Under the pieces are notes generated by a model, which had not been told where the DNA came from, ran no database searches, and saw only the letters and a program-made list of their open reading frames with translations. Below are positions 14,228-25,518 of a stretch of DNA of 64,000 nt, piece by piece. Source of the DNA: Vicugna vicugna (lineage: Eukaryota); contig MU058478.1 in the NCBI GenBank assembly GCA_013265495.1, positions 63,816 to 127,815 of the forward strand, in the 5' to 3' direction. Every line of letters starts with the position of its first letter. Position 1 is the first letter of the stretch. The translations under genes were made by a program, and so were the position numbers.

Positions 14228-14437
14228 ACTATGGAAGTGTCTCAAAAAAACTAAAAATAGAGCTACCAAAGTAAATTCCACTCCTGGATATTATAAAAAA
14301 AAAAACCCCAGAAACATGAATTTGAAAGTATGCGTGCACCCCAATGTTCATAGCAGCATTGTTTGCAATTGCCAAGGCATGGAAGCAACTTAAGGGTCCA
14401 TCAACAGAGGAATGGATAGAGAAGGTGTAAGTTATAC
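14228..14437 (+). mobile_element. L1 ORF2 C-terminal fragment
   Basis: ccaatgttcatagcagcattgtttgcaattgccaaggcatggaagcaacttaagggtccatcaacagaggaatggatag is typical of the end of L1 ORF2. Confidence 0.85.
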
Positions 14438-16635
14438 GTACCCTTTATTGTGTGGTCCAGCACGAGGTCTCCTGTCATCTGACACCCACCACGTGTGTCC
14501 ATGGGGACCCTGGCGAGCATCACCACCTCTCCTGTGGTCCAGGACCAGGAGGTTGGCTGCTGGTCAGCTTCACGTGGGTAACTGATACCCGACTGCTCTA
14601 CACTTGACACCCACATGTGACATCTCTGCCTTGGATTCACCACCTCTCTCCTCAAAGCTTCTGATGGGTGTTCTTGCAAGCTTTTTCTTCTCCACATCCT
14701 CTGACAGCTCAAGGAAAAGCTGTTTCTGTTTTATTGCCTTGTTTTACTGGTCACCTTCCTCACCCTGGGACCCTCAGCACCGCCGGCTGGAGCAGAGGCC
14801 AACACGTTCGGCTGATCCAGTTTTGTGTGTGAATCAGCCCTTTGCCCCGGGCCTCTTTGTCTGGAATTTATGTCTGCCTTTAGCCTTTTCTTACGTTTGG
14901 AAAAGTTGTGGCCAAGAGTTTTCATCAGGAAGATACACCCAGGGTCCTCTGTTTTATTTGGATTCACCAATTCTCCTGTTAGGTCAATACCTAAATTTGG
15001 GGGGAAAATATCAGCCTACTGCAAACCCAGATTCGTGATATACTAATTAATCAAGAAGATTGTATTCTTATACAGCATTGCCATTTGTTGATAAACTTCT
15101 TTCTATTTTTTTCTCATTGAGCTTTAAAACAACTCTTCAAGAGAGGCAGGAATGTATTTTCTCTAGCAAATGATGGGGACCAGGCACCTCGCTGGCAGCG
15201 TGGTCACAGTTTGCGCAACAATGGGCCACGGGTGTGAATTCAGCTCCGCTGAGTAAGACCCATTTTTATTTTCACCAGACCACGCCATGCTGTTTGCAGA
15301 ATGCATAGCTCCCCAGACTGAAATGAGCAGCAGAGTCGATTATTTTGAAACGATAGGTTGGGACAAGTGTGTGTTAGCAGGAAAGGCTGTGCAAAGGGGT
15401 GCATGTGCCTGATGGGTTGAGACCCTCAGCAGGATACCAGGGAGACTTTCCCAGCAAGTCAAAGAAACGAGATTCTGAAAGTAAACATTGAGTGAGCTCA
15501 GGCCATAGGAACACGCAGTTGCATTCCTGTTGATGATGGTTGAGTGACTGACAATTTGAGGAACGGGATGGCAGAGAGCCACAGGTACCTCTAAACGTGC
15601 CCATTGAGACAAAGAGGAATAATCTTGATTTTATTTTTTTTGCAAATCTTTCTTGTCCTCACAATTCATGTTGTACAAAGAAGCATGAATTAGCAGCCAT
15701 CTGGGAATCTCTTCCAGGCTCAATTCTCGCAACTCCTGCGACATGTCTCGGTGAATCAAGAATCCAGATAATTTATTCTCACTAACACACATTGAGTCAA
15801 GTCCCTGTTTTGTCTCTTATGCATATAGTAAAAAAAAAAAATGCAAAGGGGGACATCCTGAAATGAAATCTCGCAAAGTTAACCTTCGCTTTAAACTGTC
15901 AACCCTTCACTTTGCAATCACATCTTAAAAATAAAACGCGTTATCACGTTATCAGAAATGGTGAGCCACGTTGGGTTTTGACAGTTCACATCTTTAAGGA
16001 TCGCTGTTTCATAATGTTTCCTTAATAAAGCACCTGTTTTAAGCATTAATTGCCCTTCTTTCTGGCAGATAAAATGATGTTTTAGACCAGTGAGGAGTAT
16101 AAAAAATTTCCAGCAGTATCGACACATAAAACTAAATAGAATAAATGTTTCCAGCGTATGTTCCCTTTTCTCTTTATACCTCCTATGCAAACCTAGGCAT
16201 ATGATCCACTAAATTCTTTATTATAGAACGAAAATACAAGTTCTGAAGAGGGAGACGCAAATGTTACACTGTTATTCTGGTAACCGTGCTAAACGGATTT
16301 AACTGAACGATCTCTAGTCTTCAGGACTCAACTTATTAACTAGTTCTAGGTGACAACAGGTTGGATTACTTAAATGCTATTTCTACCCCTCCCCTCAGCA
16401 TGCCAACCCTCAGATTATTTTTTTCCCCAACCTTTTCGTTTGGTACCCTGCAGACCTGAAAAACAACAGTTTAGTCATTAACTGGTATGTCCAACGTCAG
16501 AGAAATGTTATTAAGGTCGGGCATTTATTCGTTTATTCATTAGTTTAGGTTTTAATATCTCCCATAGTTAAATGTGAGATCTTGATGCTGACAGTAGAGT
16601 GATCCATAGGAAGCTAGCTTTGCCTTCACCACGCT

Positions 16636-16809
16636 CAAAATAAACCAGTTCCAAAAATAGGCAGAAAATTTACATGAGCAATTGTCCACTGAAGACATAC
16701 AGACGATCAATAGGCACATGAAAAAGTGCCCAGTAGTGCTACTGATCAGAGAAATGCAAATCAAAACTACAATGAGGTTATCACGTCACGCCGGTCAGAA
16801 TGGCCATTG
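16636..16809 (+). mobile_element. L1 ORF2 fragment
   Basis: Translates as [29 protein letters not shown], matching the L1 ORF2p motif [29 protein letters not shown]. Confidence 0.9.
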
Positions 16810-17339
16810 TTATTCAGCAAGGTTTTTAGTCCAGGCGTCAAGAGAGGCGGCTTCCAGATCACGTCACCACCGCTGATCAGGAAAGATGTTCCAGAGACAT
16901 GATCAGGTAGGAAAACAGACAAGCGAATTCTGTTTGTGTAGCAAATAAGGTACAGCAAATAATGAGCTTCAACGGTCTAGCCACATAGTATGTGTTGGGT
17001 ACCAGAGCCGGACTCAGCTTCTTGGATGCAAACGGCATCACCCCGCAGGACGGCAAGCTGGACAGCTGTGTCCGGCAGCCCTCAGCATCCCCTTTACAAG
17101 CTGGGGATGTATTACATATTGGGGTGCTATCTTGTAGCACCCTCTTCCAGAGATTTCCTACTGTGTTAGAGCAAGTTACATCATCTGCTACTCAGTATAA
17201 AGAAGGAATAGGATGGGGTAAAGAAAAGGAAAAAAAACTGCCTTAACAGAAGGGGGTATGTGATGAAGATACAGGCGTGAGAGGAGGAGGAGGCTGGGTG
17301 GTACCCGATCCAAACTAAGAGATGGAAATCTTTACTTCA
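16808..17339. mobile_element. Probable solo LTR interrupting or abutting the L1 fragment
   Basis: About 530 bp with TG...CA ends, starting exactly where L1 similarity stops; family not recognised; no clean TSD. Confidence 0.35.
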
Positions 17340-17343
17340 GCTT

Positions 17344-17955
17344 TGTAGGTTACGAAAGCCACCAGAACCCACCAGTAACACACCTGTAGGCAAATATATA
17401 TTTGCATATTTACATATTTATATTTATAGATTTACATATTTATATTTATATATATATATAGTTTTGTTTTGTTTTGTTTTGATTTTTAGCTTGTCGCAGC
17501 GAGTGAGAATGTGAGGGAGACTCAGTAAGGAGAAGTTAGCAGGTGCCTTTGATACGGTTGAGGCTTGAGTTGGATGATTTAAAGGAGCGATCAGGACGTC
17601 ACGGTTAGGGCTGGGTTCCGCACTGTCAGGAAGCGGACAATGCTGTGATGGAGGGTCTTCATAATTTTTATCCAGGAGGTGGAAGGATTAAAGGGGAGAC
17701 TGGAACTGTCATGGGCAGAGCAGCGACAATCACTCAGAGAAAGGCAGAAGAGGGAAGAAGCAGTGCAAATGGGTATCTCCTCATTTCTGCTGTTTGCAGA
17801 GCATCTCTGTCAACAATGACGTTGTTGGTTTAGGTGGACGTCAGGACTGTGTATTGATTCATTTATTTCTCAGAGGCCAAGCAGGACATTCCATGACCAG
17901 ATGGGCACCGGGATCTTGGTCATTTCCTTTGTGGTTACGGTCGAAGGGACACACA
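17344..17955 (-). mobile_element. Old LTR remnant (LTR78-like), interrupted by a TA-rich tract
   Basis: tgtaggttacgaaagccaccagaacccaccagtaa terminus resembles ancient eutherian LTRs; from recall only. Confidence 0.35.
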
Positions 17956-18379
17956 ACTTGTGTCACCCTAGATCCGGGTGGCATTTTAGGGGAGACATGG
18001 AGAGGGGTGATCAGTAAGAGACCACAATGTTTTTGTGTGTTTGTTTGTTTGTTTTGATTGATTTTATCCAAAGAGACCAACTGGAGTAGTTAGGTTATTA
18101 AAAGAGGTTAATCCAAAGGGGAACATGGATCTTACAGTGAGGACTTGGGAAGATGAAGTGATTAAACAGGGATTAACCAATATGCAACGCATTCTAATCT
18201 AGATGTGATTATTTAAAGAAAACCATTTCTCTTGCACACACATCGCACCACCAGTACTTATCAACCTAGAATACAAACACACACACACACACACACACAT
18301 AAAACCCTTGATGCACAGTGTCTTGCTTGGAATGATGAGATGGGACCATTTTGCTTTTATTTGCCCATTATTTTATTTT

Positions 18380-19235
18380 ATATTTTTTCTTTTTTTTAGC
18401 ATTTTTTATTGATTTATAATCATTTTACAACGTTGTGTCAAATTCCAATGTAGAGCACAATTTTTCAGTTACACATGAACATATATATATTCATTGTCAC
18501 ATTTTTTTCTCTGTGAGCTACCATAAGATCTTGTATATATTTCCCTGTGCTCTACAGGATAATCTTGTTTATCTATTCTATATACACGTGTCAGTATCTA
18601 CAAATTTTGAACTCTCCGTCTATCCCTTCCCACCCCCCGCCCCCTTGGCAACCACAAGTTTGTTTTCTGTGTCTGTGAGTCTGTTTCTGTTTCGTGTTTA
18701 CGTTTTGTTTTTTGTTTTATTTTTAAATTCCATATATGAGCAATCTCATATGGTATTTTTCTTTCTCTTTCTGGCTTACTTCACTTAGAATGACATTCTC
18801 CAGGGACATCCATGTCACTGCAAATGGCATTATTTTATCCTTTTTGATGGCTGAGTAGTATTCCATTGTATAAATATACCATATCTTCTTTATCTGTTGA
18901 TGGACATTTGGGCTGTTTCCGTGTCTTGACTATTGTAAATAGCACTGCTGTGAACATTGGGGTGCAGGTGTCATTTTGAAGTAGGGTTCCTTCTGGATAC
19001 AAGCCCAGGAGTGGGATTTCTGGGTCATATGGTAAGTCTATTCCTAGTCTTTTGAGGAATCTCCACACTGTTTTCCACAGTGGCTGCACCAAACTGCATT
19101 CCCACCAGCAGTGTAGGAGGGTTCCCCTTTCTCCACAACCTCTCCAGGCTTGATCTCCAGAATATATAAGCAGCTCATACGACTAAGAAACAACCAAACA
19201 ACCCAATCCAAAAATGGGCAAAAGACCTAAGCAAG
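18380..19235 (-). mobile_element. Young camelid L1, 5'-truncated with 5' inversion
   Basis: Poly-T tail at left; ORF2 end on minus strand ([29 protein letters not shown]); 19148-19235 is upstream ORF2 ([10 protein letters not shown]...NPIQKWAKDL) on plus strand; 15-bp TSD ccattattttatttt at 18365-18379 and 19236-19250. Confidence 0.95.
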
Positions 19236-19569
19236 CCATTATTTTATTTTTTTCCCATGGATTGTTTGTGTTAATTTTTTTTCATTAAAAACAAGCTTAC
19301 ATTTTACAATATCAGATAACGTGTCGTCTTCAAAGCACACCTTGGCATTCAAACAAGCCAGGATTTCTTATGAGTAATTCATACGAAATGCACTTATAAG
19401 CAGTTAATGCCGAGTATTTTATTTGGCGTTTCAATATTTGGTGGAATTTTATTAGACGGTGTGATGACAGGCGTGGCGTGATGCCGGCATGGTTCCTTTG
19501 TTGGTTATTCACAAGGCAGCACTCAACAGCTTTCAGCTCATTTGTTCACAATTAAGCACCACGTAGTGA

Positions 19570-20035
19570 TGTATTAGGTTCATGATGCTACTGCAATGAA
19601 TTACATCTGACTCAGCGGCTTAAAGAACAAAATTAATTTTCTTACAGATTTGGAGGCCAGACAGAAGTCAGGCACAGATTCACTGGGTGGAGGTCAAGGG
19701 CTCCCAGGGCCTTGCTCCCTCTGGAGGCTCCAGAGGGAAATGCACCCTGAGCTCATTCAGCTCATTCATTGACCGAGGACCAGTCATGCCTGGCTTGAGC
19801 CTCCATCACTCCAAAAAGGATACACAGCCGTCTCCTCGTTATGCATCCAATCTCCCTTTGCCCCTCCTGCAAGAGCACTCTGATTGGATGCACAGCCCGC
19901 CCAGGTAATCCAAAAGCCTCTCCCCATCTCAGAATCCTTAACTGTATCTGCAAGACCTCCGTTCCCTATTAAGCGTACGTTTGCAGGCTGGAGGGGTTAT
20001 AACGCCTTTGGGTGGTCGTAATTCAGCCTGCGACA
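19570..20035 (-). mobile_element. MaLR MLT1-type solo LTR
   Basis: tgtattaggtt...ggcttaaagaacaaaattaattttcttacag...ctcagaatccttaactgtatctgcaagac...gcctgcgaca. Confidence 0.8.
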
Positions 20036-20739
20036 GTGGCTGACTGAGGACCTAGAAGAAAGCCAGCTTTGACAGTCAGATCCAAACACTATGAAAAATT
20101 AAATCCCAAATACACACAACAATTCAATAATGTATATGATTATGACCACAGCAAATCCTTCAAACAAACATTATCTCCTGGGCAGAGAGTGCTATAAAGA
20201 ATTCAAGTCTAACTATAATTTATAAAACAATAACTTTGCTGTCCCTAAATATTACCTATATGATTACCCTTGTTCTAGGTATTTGGGGGCAAAAAAAAAA
20301 GCTTTCCTCCATATAAGCTAAAATTCTACATAATACCATTAATAATTAGCCAAAATCTTATAAGATTTTTACACAATCATAGTAAATTTAACTACTTCTT
20401 CAATTTAATATAAATCTTATTTTAACCCAGGGTGCATGAAAAGAACATTGAAAATCCCATCAAAATTTGTTTTCCTAATTTTTTTTGGCCCCTAAACAGT
20501 TCAAGAATTCCCACACGATCATATAATTTCCAGCCAAAATGACTTCACTTTCATTGCTACTGAGAACCAATCTGACCAATTATATTTTCAGGGAGGAGTT
20601 TATGATCAAAAAAGGATAACAATGATCTTATGATTGCCAGAAAAATAATAAATATAATATAAACAGTATACTTTCTTATCATTTTTGACCTTTTACCAGA
20701 GGCTTGTCTTTATACTTTTACTCATAAATATACACATTT

Positions 20740-21252
20740 TGTGAATGAAAAATGTTGCTCGCCAAATCAGTAAATAAAGGATGTTGCAATCTTCAAGTCT
20801 CCACAGGCACCTGAAAGAGGAGCCCTGAGGGAACTCAGGATGGAGACAAATGGGCTGCCAAGCCCCCAGCCTCGGCCGCCACCCACCGTGGTGCCCCCAG
20901 AGGGGACTCGGGGTGGGAGAGAACAGGACACTGGCCCTAGAAAGCTCAGGTGCACGTCAAAGGAATGATTCCAATGAGTTCAGATTTTGCATCTTCCCGT
21001 ACATAGAAAAGTGCTAAATTCCTTAATTTAAGAAATCTGATTTTCTTTAATTAACAGTCATCTTTTGATGTTCCAACTACCTGATCTTTGTTGCAAAAAT
21101 TCCTGTATATCCTGGTTCCTCCCCTGCCTCTTGCGAGCTGTCCCTTGGAGCGATCTGAGAGGCTGTCTCCCCGGTTTGACGTCCTCAGAAAATCCACCAA
21201 ATAAAACAAAATTATCAACCTTTAGGATGTGCATTCTTTTTTTCAGTCAACA
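20740..21252 (+). mobile_element. Solo ERV1-class LTR
   Basis: TG...CA ends, AATAAA near 21200, 3' end ttttttcagtcaaca, 4-bp TSD ATTT on both sides. Confidence 0.85.
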
Positions 21253-22589
21253 ATTTTCAGTGGCCAACATTTAATCAATCCGTTGGAAGTCAGCTCCAAA
21301 GACGAATGTCAGGGTAATTAGAAATGACATGTGCTGCAATGTTTTGAGATCCCCAAAGGGCTGAACACATTGATCAATGATTGTTAGCAAGCATGACCAG
21401 GATGGAGCCAATGATACCACTTTTACAAGCAGATAATCAATGTCGGAGCAGAAACTAAGGTATAAACATTTCTTTGGTAACTGTCTTATGGAGCATCACT
21501 TGTTAGCTGTTACACAATAAACCAGTGAGTAAGAGAGAACAGTGAACAATATATGAGTGCAGTTCCCTATTTCATGTTTATGTACAGAGTTTCTCCCAAG
21601 GGCCAGACAATCATAGAGAAATTACTAGATTTTTCTTCCCAAATAAAAGATTAATTCACCTAGTATTAAGAGTCATGTAGCAAAGACACATCTCTTCACA
21701 TATAAAGCAATAGGAAAAAACAAAGAAATCTTGCCAATCAAAATAAATCAATACTATCTTAAAATACCTACTAAGACTAAGATGCTTTGTTTGGTAATAT
21801 AAATGGACATAATGTGAACCATCTTTCTTATTTAATTGCTTTCTGTCAGAAATGTTAACATGCATGTGTCCCAAGTTTTGCGTGTTTTCAGCTTTTGTGC
21901 GTGGCGGGGCCATGAGAGATGGGGAAAGGCTTACCTGGGGATGCCAGCCAATGACTACGGCTCAGGGGCTGGAAGGCCTCCTGGAGATACAGCCAGCCAG
22001 GTGATTATGTTGTTATGGAGTAGAAGACAGAGCTCCCGGTGGGTGGAAAAAGCAAAAAAAAAAAAACAAAAAAAGATAGCCACACAGGTCTTTCTGTGTT
22101 AATGTAACCAGCCACTGACATGCAGCTGGAGTCAGGACCGCCATTTACAAATGGTATTCATTGATTTGGGGGGGGGGTGTCTGGATCCATCCAAATATTC
22201 AGTGAGAGCTTCACTCCTGGACGAAAATCATGTGTGAATAGGTGGGATTTTTCATGTCCTGTGTGGGTGAAGTCTGGTTTTGTTTCTTCTTTTAATTCTT
22301 CTTTTCCAAAGGGTTGAGTTGAGCGGCAAGTAAGAATTGCTGACCGTCGCACAGCCATCATCTATTTGGGGATATTGCACATGCATATGCCTGACTTTAA
22401 TGATAAGACTATACATACATCATCAGTTGAATTTCACGTGGACTCAGAGTGCTCCACTATAAGTGGAACGTAAAGGGTGGGTAGACAGTTGGCCCAGTTT
22501 GGGGAATAAATGGATGAATCTATCATTAAATCAAATGTGACTCTTTAATCACTGGCCAGGAAGCAGGCATCTTTAGTCTTGAATAGTAA

Positions 22590-22867
22590 TGAGACGGGGG
22601 GCAGAGGGCAGGGCACAACCATTGAAGGAAGGGCACAGCCATTGAGGGCAAACTGGTTAGAACCAAGATGGCGGGAGACTTGACGTCCAGTTGACCTTGA
22701 GCCTCATGGCGCATCCACAGGTGCCATGGCGGTTCCAGGGCTGACCATGAAAGGTCAAAAAGTGGACAGGGGACCTGATTCCTGGAAACCAAGTAAACTT
22801 GCTTTCATTTTACAATGCCTTGCTCTTGAATCCTTTCCTGTGCAAGGCATGAACCTGTTCCCCGACA
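22590..22867 (+). mobile_element. Internally deleted MER41-like solo LTR
   Basis: tgagacgggggg...gggcagggcacaaccatt...aactggttagaaccaagatggcg; aligns with 1110-1637 but lacks its central TATA-containing part. Confidence 0.7.
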
Positions 22868-25370
22868 AGAGCAGTAGTTATTTTTTGGGGGTAAGTAATC
22901 ACATCTGAGAGGTCACAGTCACGACAAACAGCATGTTCCAAACTACATTTCCACAATTCCAGTTTTGAGAACTCAGTGTGAAATCTGACCTAGCGCCCTG
23001 ACCTGTCCAGCTTGAAAACACCCCGGATAATTTAAGTCAGTGTCACCTTCTCGCTCCATCCACTCCTTCAGAAGGAAACCAAAGGAAGATCCAACAAAAA
23101 CAAAACCAAAGAACAGAGTAGTCGTGTCATCTCTCTGGACCTGTTACCCTGTGCGTGGCGCTCGTGGTCCTCAAGGTCTGCGTCTTCATGGCAAACCTGG
23201 TAAGTGTTCAACCTTTGCTGGTCACAACTGACAAGTTCTAATTTGGGGCATTGAAGATGGTACAATGATGCGTATGAAATAACGCACCCAATTCTGTTCC
23301 TTTTGTCAGCGTCAGCCATAGCCTCCGTCAAGAGTCATGACCACGGTACATATTCCATCTGCAATATGAATTTTATCGTGAAACCATTGAACCAATTGTC
23401 ACCAGAATCATAGGCTGCAATGAAACATGCAGATGCTGCCTCCTGGTCTTGATACATTTAGTCAAATTGAATTATCAAAAGGCTGAACACTGTTGCCAAG
23501 AAATGGAAATGCGGACTTAGTAAAGGGACACAGAAAACCAAATTTGGAGCAAGCTCAAAGTGTTAGAAATTTCACGCACTTTGCGGCACAAATTTCAATT
23601 TGCTGATGGGAAGGAAAATCAATGAATCTCTTATAATTGGTAATAAAGACAATTAAAGGATGCAATCTCCCTAATGCTGTAAATGAAAGAATTCAGGGAT
23701 GTCCCCTTTGCTTGTCTTAATTTCCAATGAAAATGTGGATGAATATTTTCGTCCGCATTTGGTTATGAGAACATTTTTTGGGGGGGAAAGTAAATCAAAT
23801 TAAACAGAATGTAACAAGTGCATGAGTTTTATTACTTTGGAGACTCCGTTGATACTGTTTACAATCTTCTCCCCCTAAAACTCCAATAGTAATTAAATAA
23901 TGTCTTTAGAGAAAGATAATTCATTCATAGAAGAAATTTTCAGGAATATTATTCCTGTTAACTCTAATTTCACCTCAATGAGGTAGGTGTACACTCACTT
24001 ATTTGTCATTCTATTTCAGATGCTGGCTTTTAGAAGGAGATACAATATTTGTACTTCATAGCACCAATAATTATATTAATGAGTCCCTAGGGGCCAATAA
24101 TGCAGGGTGATTTTGCACACATTCCGTTCAGTTCCTCAAGCAATCTGTAAAATTCCCATGATGACTGAGAAATCACCATCGATTTTCTTTTTCTGGTGTT
24201 AATAGTATCTTGGTTACGTTCCTTTAAAAAAAAAGAAAGGAGTTCTATTCTTTGGAGGTACATACTGACATATTTACAGACAAAATGAAATGTTGTATTT
24301 TACAAGTGAGGAAACTGAGACCCAGAGATAATAAAACACGTCCAACATTGAGCAAGTGTCAGTGACACGATTTTCCACCCCCAGATCACAGCACTTACAC
24401 AGCTTCAGATAACCTCTCTTTTTTTCTATTTCCTGAGAGATTTTTCCCTAAAGTCCATTTTTCCGTTCTTCATTTGCCTTCCTCCATAGCATGGGTACAC
24501 AAAATGACTGTGCATTCAAAATTTATTCCTGGCAAAAGGAATTGGTGAAATTCAGACTCGGGGCATGAAGAGCGAGAGAAACATAGAATTTGGGGCAAAT
24601 CTGAAGATTTCTTGGTATCCACAACCACATGGTATGAGCCGATAATATTCTAAAATGTTACAGGCACTTACCAAAAGTTTAAAAAGCCCCTGTAGGTTGC
24701 CCTATAAAACTCCCACTGAATAGATGGGGAAGGAGAGACAGAAGTCCGGCAAATTTGCCCCCAAGTCTCAGAAGGGCAAGTGGCAGAACCAGGAACCCAG
24801 TTTGGATGCTGAAGGATTGATGCCCGCTTTACGATTTTTAACAGCACGCAAGATGGTTACATAATGAAGAAACTGTACTCAATATTTGCCATCATTACAC
24901 CCCTCCCGCTCCAAATGCCTGTTCACTTTCTCAGTTTCATCATTTTGTTTGGAACGTGTGTGACCTTTCTTTAATGTTTTTTTTTTTCCCCATTAAAAAG
25001 ACAAGTTTCATGAGATACGATCTATCGTTAATTTATTTACAATGTGTTGGGCTCTCCAGGGCAAAAAACATGCCAAATAATTATTGTTAGGTGAGTGGAT
25101 GCATGTAATATGCACAACTGAATCTTCAGAGGAGTATGGACTTCCTGTATCTTTTTCACGATGGGTTTAGAAGCAGACAGAACACCCTCGCTTTTCAATT
25201 CAGAGATATGAAGACGGTGCTTTTGGGTCTGAATGTATCTAAATGCTGTCTCATCACTTAGTATGAATGTAAAACTCAAATGAAATCATGCTGTCAGATT
25301 TCAGTGCAAAAAGGTGAGGTTATTAAAAATAAACAGGCATTGAGTTAAAGTTTTTTTTACAACGGATTTA

Positions 25371-25518
25371 GAGGAACGGGTGTAGCTCAGGGGTAGAGCA
25401 CATGCTTAGTGTGCACGAGGTCCTGGGTTCAATCCCCAGCACCTCTGTTAAACAAATAATAATAATAATTAATAATAATAATACGTACATAAGCCTAAAT
25501 TCCTGTCCCCCACAAAAA
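25371..25518 (+). mobile_element. tRNA-derived camelid SINE (vic-1-like)
   Basis: Pol III A box tagctcagggg and B box ggttcaatccc; gcacatgcttagtgtgcacgaggtcctggg body; (AAT)n tail. Confidence 0.9.

Noticed and set aside
18835..19092. ORF with clear protein homology
   Set aside because: Fragment of L1 ORF2p in a truncated element, not a host gene
25371..25445. tRNA-like sequence with A and B boxes
   Set aside because: It is the head of a SINE (AT-rich tail, second copy at 61.8 kb), not a tRNA gene
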